Shown one piece after another: positions 21,176-30,603 of a stretch of DNA of 64,000 nt. Origin of the DNA: Streptomyces humicola (GTDB lineage Bacteria; Actinomycetota; Actinomycetes; Streptomycetales; Streptomycetaceae). A program made the position numbers and the translations under genes. Position 1 is the first letter of the stretch; every line of letters begins with the position of its first letter. Below the pieces are notes generated by a model, which saw only the letters and a list, made by a program, of their open reading frames with translations, was not told the origin of the DNA and did not search any database. The stretch spans positions 15,689 to 79,688 of the forward strand of contig NZ_JANFNG010000001.1 in assembly GCF_024436035.1 (NCBI RefSeq), in the 5' to 3' direction.

Positions 21176-22108
21176 ATGCGTATCGCTGTCGTGGGAGCCG
21201 GCGGTGTCGGAGGGTATTTCGGGACCCGTCTCGCCGAGGCAGGCAACGAGGTGACGTTCGTCGCCCGTGGCCGGCATCTTCGGGCCGTTCGCGAGCACGG
21301 CCTGCTGGTGCGCAGCCCGCTGGGAGAGTTCCGGGCACCGGCCGCGTCGTTCGTCCCGCGCATCGGGGACGTGGATCCCGTCGATGTGGTGCTGGTGGCG
21401 GTGAAGCTGTGGGACACCGAGGAGGTGGCCGCCCAGTTGCGGCCGCTGGTGGACGCCGGTGCCAGGGTGATCTCGTTGCAGAACGGCGCTCACAAGGACA
21501 GCGTCTTGCGCCGCTATCTGCCGCCGGAGGCGGTGTGGGGCGGTGTCTGCTACATCTCCGCGGTCATCGAGGAGCCCGGGGTCGTCTCCCATCGAGGGCA
21601 GATGCAAAAGCTGGTCTTCGGCACATACGGCGACCAGGAGGACGCCGGGGCACGGAACTTCCTCGATGCGTGCGTGAAGTCCGGTCTCCAGGCGGAGATC
21701 AGCGCGGACATCGCTCGGGCCATCTGGGAGAAGTTCGTTTTCCTGGTGGGGCTTTCGGCGACAACTACGGTGGTGCGGCAGCCGATTGGCGTCATCCGGC
21801 GTGACACCAGGACACGGGCGTTGCTGCGCGACGTGATGGCTGAGGCAGTCGCCGTCGGCCGAACGGCCGGGGTGAACCTCGACTCCGGATTCGCCGACGA
21901 CCGGCTGGCGTTCTGCGACACCCTGCCGGAGTCGATGACCTCGTCCATGCACCACGACCTGGACCAAGGCAACCGGCTGGAACTGCCGTGGCTCAGTGGC
22001 GGTGTCGTCGACCTCGGCCGGGAGCTGGGCGTCGACACTCCCCGCAACCGGACGGTTGCCGACATCCTGGCCCCCTACACGTTCGGCCGGCCGGCCGTGA
22101 ACGGTTGA
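21176..22108 (+). CDS. 2-dehydropantoate 2-reductase (ApbA/PanE family) oxidoreductase
   Basis: N-terminal Rossmann MRIAVVGAGGVGGYFG. ApbA_C-like C-terminal half. Confidence 0.7.
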   Translation: MRIAVVGAGGVGGYFGTRLAEAGNEVTFVARGRHLRAVREHGLLVRSPLGEFRAPAASFVPRIGDVDPVDVVLVAVKLWDTEEVAAQLRPLVDAGARVISLQNGAHKDSVLRRYLPPEAVWGGVCYISAVIEEPGVVSHRGQMQKLVFGTYGDQEDAGARNFLDACVKSGLQAEISADIARAIWEKFVFLVGLSATTTVVRQPIGVIRRDTRTRALLRDVMAEAVAVGRTAGVNLDSGFADDRLAFCDTLPESMTSSMHHDLDQGNRLELPWLSGGVVDLGRELGVDTPRNRTVADILAPYTFGRPAVNG

Positions 22109-22211
22109 CGTTCACTCCCTTGGGTTGGCGGTGGTGACCTCCCACTAAGGATGAAGGCCAGCGGGTGCTGACTTCGTCGGTATCCAGACCGCGGTGAAGC
22201 AATCCGTCCCC

Positions 22212-22568
22212 TCAGCTCGCTGGCGTACTCCGGAAGGCGGGCCAGTTCCCACGCCGCCCGCTCAGTGGTGCGGCCGCCGGTCTGCACGGCGAACCAGGAC
22301 GTCTCCCCGAGGTCCTTGTGCCGGTGATCCGGTCGCTCGCCGTGAGTGCGCAGGCATTTACGGCGGCGCGCGGGAAGTACGCCACCGGGTACCGGCCGGG
22401 CTCGTGCAGCAGGATCACGTCCTCGCTGTCGGCGATCCACTCGCCGTTGAAGAGCACACGCATCCGCCGACGCAGTCGCTCGGCGAACAGCAGCCGCTCG
22501 GGTAGCGGATCAGACGTCAGGAGCCGTCCAGTCGGCGGGTCCGAGGCCGCCCGTAACCCAGGATGCAC
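22212..22568 (-). pseudogene. DUF427 domain protein, frameshifted
   Basis: The N-terminal part (RVLFNGEWIADS...YFPRAAV) is in one frame. The continuation (HKDLGETSWFAVQ...RAAWE) is in the overlapping minus-strand ORF 22075..22440. The frame switches near 22340. Confidence 0.4.
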
Positions 22569-22686
22569 TTCGGTGGGCCACCGCTCGACCCGTGCGTTAT
22601 TTATGAATGTTGGCCGTCCAGCGCCGAGCCGGCTCTGATGCCGACGGCGGTGACTGCTTGTGGGTGAACGATGAGACTACGCCCTC

Positions 22687-23367
22687 GTGCCGACGACAAC
22701 TCGTCGATCGGGCCCATTATGGTTGGTGTTTGTGCCGTTGAGCTGTGCGTTTGTGAACCTCAAACCCGGAGTGGGAAAGACGACCAGTGCTGTCTGGCTG
22801 GCCCATGCGCTGCACGAGTCGGGACTTTCGCCGCTGCTGGTCGACGGCGACCCCGCGGCCTCCGCGCTGCGCTGGAGCGAACTGGCCGAAGGCTTTCCGT
22901 TTCCCGTGATCGCCCTTCCGGTGGGGGACGTCCACCGGCGCGTGAACGACTTCCTCGGCGAACGGCAGGCCGTCGTGCTCGACGCGCCGCAGCTGGAGGA
23001 CCACGCCCGCATCACCCGCAGCATCATGAGGTACGCGAGCGAGTGGATCGTGCCGGTGACCCCCGCGCCCATCGAACTGGACCGGATGGCCCCCATCCGC
23101 GGAGAGATGGAAGACGTGCAGTCCTTGCGCGCCGAGCCGGCCCGCACTGCGGTCCTGCTGAATCGCACCAATCGCCCCGATGCCACGCGCACCGGCCCCG
23201 ATGCCGACGCTCGTGAGGCGCTCACCGAGTGGGGCTTCGACGTGCTGGACACCCAGATCGCGCGGCTCGACTTGTATGCCCAGTCGTTCGGGAGCGCGGT
23301 CGAAGTCACAGGCTCGGCGTACATGGACCTCGCGGATGAACTCATCAAGCGTCAGGAAGAGGCATGA
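22687..23367 (+). CDS. ParA/MinD-like partition ATPase (deviant Walker A NLKPGVGKTT)
   Basis: Walker A variant, DGDP and PxxxLD blocks. Orphan, not at an origin locus. Confidence 0.6.
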   Translation: MPTTTRRSGPLWLVFVPLSCAFVNLKPGVGKTTSAVWLAHALHESGLSPLLVDGDPAASALRWSELAEGFPFPVIALPVGDVHRRVNDFLGERQAVVLDAPQLEDHARITRSIMRYASEWIVPVTPAPIELDRMAPIRGEMEDVQSLRAEPARTAVLLNRTNRPDATRTGPDADAREALTEWGFDVLDTQIARLDLYAQSFGSAVEVTGSAYMDLADELIKRQEEA

Positions 23368-23609
23368 ACCAGCGCAAGGACAGCTACCGTGCGGCACTGC
23401 GGCGCGGACAGGACATCGCCGCACCCAGGCCCGCCAAGGTCACCACACTGGACAGCAGATACGTCCGGGTGACCATCGAGGTGGACCCGGACCTACGGCG
23501 CGACCTGACGCGATGGGCGGGCACGCCGGTCTCCGCGCTGGTGCTCACCGGTACCGCCCTTCTACGCACCGTCGCCAGGGTGGCCGGATCCGCCGACGCG
23601 GAGGCCTGA
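23364..23609 (+). CDS. small ribbon-helix-helix (RHH)-like protein translationally coupled to ParA (ParG-like candidate)
   Basis: ATGA start/stop overlap with ParA. VRVTIEVDPDLRRDLTRWA resembles a CopG/RHH beta-strand-helix. Confidence 0.35.
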   Translation: MNQRKDSYRAALRRGQDIAAPRPAKVTTLDSRYVRVTIEVDPDLRRDLTRWAGTPVSALVLTGTALLRTVARVAGSADAEA

Positions 23610-23711
23610 CCAGGCCCGCCGGCGGGGTGCGGGCACGGGGGCAGCACATCAGCCCCGACGACACGGGTTTTCTGCTGTCGGGACTCAATAAGTGGACAGG
23701 GGGGCGAGACG

Positions 23712-23815
23712 GTGTCCGTGCCAGGGCCCGGGGTGAGCAAGACAGCGGCAGATTGGCTGGTTGGTCGTTACCGGGTGATCGAGCAAATCGGGCGGGGCGG
23801 TATGGGCGAGCCGCA
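23712..23815 (+). pseudogene. Ser/Thr protein kinase N-terminal fragment
   Basis: LVGRYRVIEQIGRGGMGE is the Gly-rich ATP loop of Hanks kinases. The sequence diverges immediately afterwards. Confidence 0.35.
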
Positions 23816-24515
23816 GCACCAGGGCCTGGATGGACCGGATGGTCCGCGAGTGTCCTGGTCGCTTCGGCCTGCGCTGCTGGGCGTTGCCCTTGCCGCCGGA
23901 CAGGCGTGTCAGGCTCATCGATCGGGCGGCATGCTGCACACCCTGCCGTTCCTGATCCCCAGTACCGCGGACGCGCCGGCCGTGGCGCTCGCCACGATCG
24001 CCTTCGAACTGGTGGCCCTGGCCTGGATCCGATGGCTTCGGTACCGGCTTCCTCCGCTCCTTCGCCGTCATCGCGATCGGTGGGTCGGTCATCACGAACG
24101 TCAGCGCCGTGCTCGGCGCGGTCAGCTGACCAGGCAGGTCCCCGCAGCAGCGCTGCCAGCGGCCCATGGCTCCAACAGTGCATGGCCCCGGCGCGGTCGG
24201 TGAGCACGGCTACGTGCCGTCTCACAGGGTCGCATGACGACGGATGCGCACGGTCGTTACGGGATCCAGCTTCGAGGGCCCCGACAAGCCCTGCAAAGAA
24301 CCAGCAAAGGTGTGATGCCCGGCCTCGCCGGGCGCCACGGAAACCTCATCGCTGAGGTGTCCGCAGGAATGGCCCCTGCCTACGCTTTACAAGGCAAAGG
24401 GGCCCTTAGACCTTCGGATTCCGTTGACGCCAGGGGGTTGTGGCGACGTTTTAGCCATGGCACGCTCCACTGCGTCGCGACACCGAGATCACCGCCTGAC
24501 CAAACGCAACCGCGA

Positions 24516-24944
24516 AGGGCCACCGTGTATTTCGAGACGCTCAAAGCCAAGATCCACCGTGCCACCGTCACCCAGTCGCACCTCAACTACGTCGGCTCCA
24601 TCACGATCGACCTCGATCTGATGGAAGCGGCAGGCATCCGTCGCCACGAGAAGGTCGACCTGGTCAACGTCACCAACGGCGCCCGTCTGTCGACCTACGT
24701 CATCGAAGGACCCAGGGGATCTGGCGTCATCGGGGTCAACGGCCCATCCGCCCGGCAAGCCCAGGTCGGCGACCTCGTCCTGATCGTGTCGTACGCCTCG
24801 GTCACGCCGGAGGAGGCCGATGGGTTCGAGCCGAGGGTCGTCTTCGTCGACAGCAAGAACAAGATCACTGGCTTCGGCGGGGACGCAGCCGAAGTGCCGC
24901 CCGGGAGTGGCCTCGTGCGTGGCGACCAGATAGCCGGTGTCTGA
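24516..24944 (+). CDS. panD: aspartate 1-decarboxylase (pyruvoyl-dependent)
   Basis: GTG start. KIHRATVTQ...YVGSITID carries the Gly-Ser self-cleavage site, then GSGVIGVNG. 142 aa. Confidence 0.85.
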   Translation, partial: RATVYFETLKAKIHRATVTQSHLNYVGSITIDLDLMEAAGIRRHEKVDLVNVTNGARLSTYVIEGPRGSGVIGVNGPSARQAQVGDLVLIVSYASVTPEEADGFEPRVVFVDSKNKITGFGGDAAEVPPGSGLVRGDQIAGV

Positions 24945-25046
24945 GCGGATGGGCCCCGGGGCGCGCCGGGCCCGTCCGTATCACCCTGCTCCTCAGGCAG
25001 CCTCCCCCGCCTCCTCGGCGACATCTCGACCCCGAACGGGAATAAA

Positions 25047-26441
25047 TTGACCTCCACGCTTTGCGCATCCACGGTGCTGAAGAACGCTCTCACGCACTAC
25101 CACGCAGAACTGCAGGACGCTATGGCGGCCTTGGAAGGCGACCGCGTCGAAGGCGACGAAGCCTTCTCGCCCGCCTTCCGCCTGCCCGACCCCAGTGCCG
25201 CCCTCGAGCGGTTCTTCTCGGTGTCCGACATCGGCGTCACCGAACTGCCCGCCTATCATGGTCACGCCCTCCGCCTTCTCGACTTGATGCGGAACCCGGG
25301 AACGCATACCACCAAGACGCTCGCCTCGCTCACCATCATCGCCCGGGCCGTGCGGCACATCACCGAGACCGGTGAACGCATCATGATCGTCACCCCGTCG
25401 TCCGCGAACAAGGCCACAGCCCTGCGTGACGCGGTTCATCGAGCCATTAGCGCTGGACTGGTGACGGAGAATCAGCTGCAGATCACCAGTGTGGTGCCCG
25501 CGGTGTCCACCGCCAAGCTCTGGTCGTCACCGTTGAGCGAGCACGCTGAGCTACGACGTCGCAATCCGCTGGTGGTGCACGAATCGGAAGAGCCGGCCTC
25601 GGTCAAGGAACTGGCGTCCGCGTTCGCGGCCGAAAACGCCGAACGTCTCCAAAGACGGTACGGCGTCCGTATCTGGTACACGCTCGGGCTCGACAACTAC
25701 CGGGCCGCGGACATGATCCGCGCGTTCGCCGAGCGGGACCTGCTGCCCGGAGCGGACAGCGGCACTCCAACCCGTACCCATGTCCACTCCGTCTCCAGCG
25801 CCTTCGGCCTGCTCGGTCATGACCTGGGGCACCGCAAGGTCACGGAAAACGGCTGCCGAACGCTGCCGCAGGCCCGCTATTTCCTCGTCCAGCACCTCGG
25901 CACTCCGGACATGGTGCTCAGTCTCCGCCATGGCACACACGACCGCGGAAACCTGCCCGTGTACCGCCTGGACCAGGCCGAGGGCCTGTACCGACAGGAC
26001 GAGGACCCGCACTTCCCTGCGACGACGTTTGATCCCGAGGAACAGCTCGATCCCACTTTCTACACCCGCCGTCCGGTCACCTCTGCGCAGATGGATAGCA
26101 TCATCGCCGCGCAGGGCGGAGGCGGCGTTGTCGTCTCGCTGCACGAGTGCCTGAGCCGGTACGCCGAAGTGCGCGCCCTGCTGGCCGATGCCGATGTCAC
26201 GTTGCCCGTCGACCCCCGACGGCTGCGCGAGTGGTCGCTCGTGATGGCGGTCACCGGAACCCTGAACGCCGCCGACCGCGGGCTGCTGCCGGACAGTGGC
26301 GACGTGCTGATCCACGGCTCCGGCAGCTACAGCGACCGGGATTACCATCCAGTGCCTGCCCATCACCGTTTCACGGCGGCGGACATGACGGCTCTTGCAG
26401 GCCACGTCGAGGACGCAGTCCGCGCCGCAACCTCCCGCTGA
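25047..26441 (+). CDS. divergent fold-type-II PLP-enzyme-like protein (threonine synthase / Trp-synthase-beta superfamily-like)
   Basis: By-eye alignment to ThrC. GVTELP aligns to EGGTPL. NPGTHTTKT aligns to NPTGSFKDR, and the Lys is retained. TPSSANKATAL...ISAGL aligns to ASTGNTSASAAAY..AGI, and the Asn is retained. Spacing is conserved. Confidence 0.35.
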   Translation: MTSTLCASTVLKNALTHYHAELQDAMAALEGDRVEGDEAFSPAFRLPDPSAALERFFSVSDIGVTELPAYHGHALRLLDLMRNPGTHTTKTLASLTIIARAVRHITETGERIMIVTPSSANKATALRDAVHRAISAGLVTENQLQITSVVPAVSTAKLWSSPLSEHAELRRRNPLVVHESEEPASVKELASAFAAENAERLQRRYGVRIWYTLGLDNYRAADMIRAFAERDLLPGADSGTPTRTHVHSVSSAFGLLGHDLGHRKVTENGCRTLPQARYFLVQHLGTPDMVLSLRHGTHDRGNLPVYRLDQAEGLYRQDEDPHFPATTFDPEEQLDPTFYTRRPVTSAQMDSIIAAQGGGGVVVSLHECLSRYAEVRALLADADVTLPVDPRRLREWSLVMAVTGTLNAADRGLLPDSGDVLIHGSGSYSDRDYHPVPAHHRFTAADMTALAGHVEDAVRAATSR

Positions 26442-26482
26442 ACCCGCCGCGTCCGCCGGTAACCATACGAACAGGAGCAGTC

Positions 26483-27235
26483 ATGCCCAGGCAACCGGAC
26501 AGTCTGCTGTCCCTCACCGACTTCAACGGCACGCCATTGGCGGAAGAGATGGTGTGGAAGACGTTCCACGGCCTGATGGAGCGCCATGGCTATGTCTTCA
26601 TGAGTAACGTGCCCGACGCGTTCGATCCGGTGGCCTTCTGCAAGAGGCTCGGCGACTTCGTCCCTCAGTACACCGGTGTGCTGGTCGGCGACGTCACCCC
26701 GGAGCCGGGAATGGAGGAATTCTATCACGCGGGAAACACCAAGCCCCTGTATCCGCATTCAGAAGGCTACGACTTCGAAGGTCTGCCTCCCCGCTACCTC
26801 GCCCTGTGGTGCGAGACCCCCAACACCGGCGCAGGCGGCGAGACGACGATCGCCGACGCCCGCGCCTGGACTGAGTCGCTGGCCGAGGCCGACCGCGCGT
26901 ATCTGCGCGAGCGCATCTGGGCGTGGGAGACCACGGACGCGATGCGTCATCTCGGCCTCGACCTGCACCCCGAGCACCCGGTCATCGAGGACCACCCGGA
27001 CGGCACCATCGTCCGCTACTCCTTCAACAACCTGGTGCGCGGCGGGGATGATCGGATCGGGCCGCTGCTCGACAGCGCGAAGGAGTACTTCGAACGCGAG
27101 CACGTGGCGATCCAGTACGAGCGGCGAGACATGCTCGTCTTCGACAACTGGCGCATGCTGCACGCCCGCAACGCGTTCACCGACACCGGGCGCCACCTGC
27201 GCCGTATCCAGATCGCCCACCGGATCACGGCATGA
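26483..27235 (+). CDS. TauD/TfdA-like Fe(II)/2-oxoglutarate-dependent oxygenase
   Basis: AGGAG RBS. HSEGYDFEG (HxD/E), distal His, and RxxxxxH near the C-terminus (LHARNAF...RHLRRIQ). Confidence 0.55.
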   Translation: MPRQPDSLLSLTDFNGTPLAEEMVWKTFHGLMERHGYVFMSNVPDAFDPVAFCKRLGDFVPQYTGVLVGDVTPEPGMEEFYHAGNTKPLYPHSEGYDFEGLPPRYLALWCETPNTGAGGETTIADARAWTESLAEADRAYLRERIWAWETTDAMRHLGLDLHPEHPVIEDHPDGTIVRYSFNNLVRGGDDRIGPLLDSAKEYFEREHVAIQYERRDMLVFDNWRMLHARNAFTDTGRHLRRIQIAHRITA

Positions 27236-28320
27236 CCGCTGCAGCACCGGCGGGCGTCGCCGTGGTGGGCGGCGGATCGCTGGCCCGCAGCATCTGTTAC
27301 TCGCTGGCACTCGCAGTCGATCCGCCGCCCGGCACCGTGACCGTTCTCGCCCGTTCCGCACGGGCGGCGAGGGAGATCGCGTGCATCGCCAACACGCGAG
27401 CCGCGACCTCCGCGTCCCCCACTCGGTTCACAGCCGAGGTCCTGGACGCCTCGGACCACGGGACGGCTGCCCGCTTGCTGCAACGCATCCGACCGCGCGT
27501 CGTACTCCACTGCGCGTCACTGCAGTCACCTTGGGAGAGCACACGCGCTCCATCCGCCTGGACCAAGCTCCTAGCAGCCGGCGGGTTCGGCATCGCTCTA
27601 CCGCTGCACGCGGTACTCGCCCGGGACATCGCCCGAGCAGTCCAACTCAGCGGTGTCCCCGCGATGTTCGTCAACGCCTGTTATCCGGACGCAGTCAACC
27701 CTCTTCTGCACGCCGAGGAACTGCCCGCGTTCTGCGGTGTGGGGAACTCCGCAACGCTGGCGGCCTCGCTCCACGCCGTACTGCAACCGCAGGCGGACGA
27801 GCGGCTGCGTATCCTCGCCCACCACGCCCATCTGCACGCTCCCGTAGATCCCTCGGACGAGGTCCGGGTGTGGCTCGGTGACAGGTCGGTGGAGCGGGTG
27901 GGTGAACTGCTCGCAAGCCACCGTGCCTGCTCCCGCGAGGAGTTGAATGCGGTGACGGGACACACGGCTGCCGTGCTCGCTTCCCGCCTGGCTGCCGGTA
28001 CCGAGGTACGCGCCAACCTTCCCGGGCCGCTGGGACTGCCGGGCGGCTACCCCGTCCGCATCCAGGATGCCCGGGTCACGCTTGACCTGCCGAACGGCCT
28101 CACTCCGGAAGAGGCCGTCGCGTGGCAGCTGCGCATGGCCGAGCACGACGGCGTCGTGGTCACGCCTTCCGGCGATGCGCGCTTCGGCCAACGGGCCCAA
28201 GAGGCCCTGTCCGAACATCTGGCGGACGTACCGGAGTGCCACAGAGCACCGGAGGTGAAGGTGCTGGCGTTGCAACTACTGAGCCTGCGCGAGAAGTTGC
28301 GCAGAAAGCCGTCCGTGTGA
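27232..28320 (+). CDS. NAD(P)-binding Rossmann-fold oxidoreductase (saccharopine-dehydrogenase/OCD-like, uncertain)
   Basis: ATGA overlap with the upstream gene. N-terminal GVAVVGGGSLARS dinucleotide-binding motif. Confidence 0.4.
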   Translation: MTAAAPAGVAVVGGGSLARSICYSLALAVDPPPGTVTVLARSARAAREIACIANTRAATSASPTRFTAEVLDASDHGTAARLLQRIRPRVVLHCASLQSPWESTRAPSAWTKLLAAGGFGIALPLHAVLARDIARAVQLSGVPAMFVNACYPDAVNPLLHAEELPAFCGVGNSATLAASLHAVLQPQADERLRILAHHAHLHAPVDPSDEVRVWLGDRSVERVGELLASHRACSREELNAVTGHTAAVLASRLAAGTEVRANLPGPLGLPGGYPVRIQDARVTLDLPNGLTPEEAVAWQLRMAEHDGVVVTPSGDARFGQRAQEALSEHLADVPECHRAPEVKVLALQLLSLREKLRRKPSV

Positions 28321-28656
28321 CGTCCGCTGCCCGCCGGGGTGCGGCGGTCGGGCACGGGCGAGGACAACGGCTCAACCTTGAAGGTGGCAGGCGAGCCGGC
28401 CGCCACGCCTGTTGGAGACAGCGGCGAGCCGTCCCGAGGCCCGCGTGCTGCTCGCCCTGGCCCCGACCCCGGCGCGGGCGGCCCGCCTGTCCATGGCACA
28501 GCTCCGGTCGGGTCTCGAGCGAGCGGGCCCCAGCCGCGGTATCGAGGCCGAAGCCGAGCGGCTGCGCGAGGTCTTCCGGGCCGACTACGCCCACGAATCA
28601 AGGGCGCCCCCTGCCGCCGCGGCGGAAGGGGGCGCCCTCGTACGCGTGCCGGTGGA

Positions 28657-30084
28657 TCAACGCCGCTTGCGGGCGCCGCCCTCCTGGTGGGGCGGGGTCT
28701 GCTGCGTGCCCGGGAGCGTTGGCTTCGGTAGGGTCGCGACTTCCTGCTTGGCCTGCGCCAACTGCTGCGCGGTGTCGTCAGGCAGCTGTGGCGGGCGCGG
28801 CGCCGCATGCGAGAAGCCGAAGGCGGAGGTCAGGTCGCCGAAGGTGCGGCGCCGCCACTGGCTGATGTTGGGCTCCTCGACACCGGTGAAGCGCTCGAGG
28901 AACTGCAGCACCGAGGTGTGGTCGAAGGATTCACCGGCCGCCCAACCGCCCACCGTCCACGGCGAGATGATGATGCACGGCACCCGGAAGCCGCCGCCGA
29001 TCGGCAGGCCGTCGACGAACTCGTCGGCCGTACCGGGGTTGGGGGTGGGCGGCGGTACGTGATCGAAAAGGCCGTCGTTCTCGTCGTAGTTGAGGATGAA
29101 CGCCGTCTTCGCCCACACCTTCGGGTTACTGGCAATCGCCTCGATCTTGGAGGCGACGAAGTCGGCACCGGCGGCCGGCAGATAGTCCGGGTGTTCGGAC
29201 TGGGTGCTGGTGGGGAGGATCCACGAGACCGCGGGGAGGCGGTCATTGCGCGCGTCGTCCTCGAAGGTGCCCTCCGGCTGGAAGGTCATGCCGTTGTCGT
29301 ACAGCGGGTCGCCGGGCTTGGCGTCCTGGAACTGCTGGAACTCCGACAGCATGTTGGTGCCGTAGTTGTCGGTCTGCTGGTAGACCTTCCAGCTGATCCC
29401 GGCCGCCTGCAGCCGCTCCGCGTACGTCGTCCAGCGGTAGGGCTCGGGCGCGACGTTGGAGAGTACGGGCCCGCCCCTGGTGCCGGAGGGGTCAATCGTG
29501 CCGGTCATCCAGTACAGGCGGTTGGGCCAGGTCGGGCCCATGATCGAGCAGAAGTAGTTGTCGCAGATGGTGAAGTTCTCCGCGAGCGCGAACTGGAACG
29601 GTATGTCGTCGCGGGTGTAGTAGCCCATGACGTACGGGCCGTTGGCACCGTCGGCAGCCCGGTGCGCGGGCAGCCACTGGTCCATCTTGCCGCCGTTCCA
29701 CGCCTGGTGCTGTACGGCCCAGGCGTGGCTGGTGGACGGGATCGACTGGGCGCTCGTGGTGTGCGTATCCAGGTGGAACGGCAGCAGGTAGCCGTCGGGG
29801 TTGACGGAGTCGGGCTGGTAGAAGACCGAGCGGCCTGTGCTGAGGCGCAGGGCGTCGGGGTCGCCGAAGCCGCGTACGCCGCGCAGCGTGCCGAAGTAGT
29901 GGTCGAAGGAACGGTTCTCCTGCATAAGCAGGACGACGTGCTCGACGTCCGCGAGCGAGCCGTGCGTCGCGGGTCCCGCCGCGACCGCCTGCTGGATGCT
30001 CGGCGGGAGCAGCGTCAGCGCGGCGGCCCCGCCGACCGCGCCCGCCGCCGCGCCGAGAAGTCTGCGTCGGGTCATGTCCGGCAT
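28657..30084 (-). CDS. Tat-secreted phosphoesterase family protein (phospholipase C / acid phosphatase AcpA-like)
   Basis: Twin-arginine signal MTRRRLLGAAAG. ENRSFDHYFGTLRGVRGFGDP phosphoesterase motif. Confidence 0.8.
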   Translation of the reverse strand: MPDMTRRRLLGAAAGAVGGAAALTLLPPSIQQAVAAGPATHGSLADVEHVVLLMQENRSFDHYFGTLRGVRGFGDPDALRLSTGRSVFYQPDSVNPDGYLLPFHLDTHTTSAQSIPSTSHAWAVQHQAWNGGKMDQWLPAHRAADGANGPYVMGYYTRDDIPFQFALAENFTICDNYFCSIMGPTWPNRLYWMTGTIDPSGTRGGPVLSNVAPEPYRWTTYAERLQAAGISWKVYQQTDNYGTNMLSEFQQFQDAKPGDPLYDNGMTFQPEGTFEDDARNDRLPAVSWILPTSTQSEHPDYLPAAGADFVASKIEAIASNPKVWAKTAFILNYDENDGLFDHVPPPTPNPGTADEFVDGLPIGGGFRVPCIIISPWTVGGWAAGESFDHTSVLQFLERFTGVEEPNISQWRRRTFGDLTSAFGFSHAAPRPPQLPDDTAQQLAQAKQEVATLPKPTLPGTQQTPPHQEGGARKRR

Positions 30085-30603
30085 GGATGTCTCTCCCTTG
30101 AATCGCTGAGATCCAGGCCCCGGGGACGGGCCGCAGTCGACTCTGCTGGCGGGTTCGAGTCAGAGGGAGGATGGATTGCGTGAACAACGCATCAACTGAA
30201 AGGGAATTAGTATTGAGTTGACGGGGTGGGTCGGCCGGACTGTGCGGCGGATGTGTCGTCCGGCCCGGTCATGCCGTTCTGGCCGCGGCGCAGCTGTTCC
30301 TCGAGCGACTGAAGAAATTCGGGGTTGTCGTCGGGGGCGACTCAGCCCGCCGGTGGTTCGGTGAGGGGCCTCCGGCCGCGAACACCGGCTCCGGGGCCAC
30401 CTGCGTGCCTTCGGCATGTCCCGCGTCCGGCTGCGCGAGGTGGCGCATGCGGGGGAAATGCCGCGGGTGCGGCAGAGCCGCTTGTAGCCGCACAGACGTG
30501 GCGGTGAGGTTGCGGGTGCCGAAGACCCCCTCCGCATCCCGTGACCCACGTGTTCTCATGAGTGGCCGACGTTCGCCGGATGGGCGTGTCAGGCTGATCG
30601 ATC

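Noticed and set aside
23685-24515. Several 150-230-aa ORFs on both strands between the RHH gene and panD
   Set aside because: Arg/Ala/Pro-rich with no domains. Only the first ~35 codons of the + frame resemble anything (a kinase Gly-loop), and that is reported as a fragment. The rest is taken as intergenic.
28122-28865. Overlapping Arg/Gly/Ala-rich ORFs between the NAD-oxidoreductase gene and the phosphoesterase gene
   Set aside because: Convergent-gene intergenic region. The translations are low-complexity with no start-site support.
30160-30600. Overlapping short ORFs upstream of the first transposase remnant
   Set aside because: Ragged Arg-rich frames with no RBS. Probably the degraded 5' flank of the IS element.
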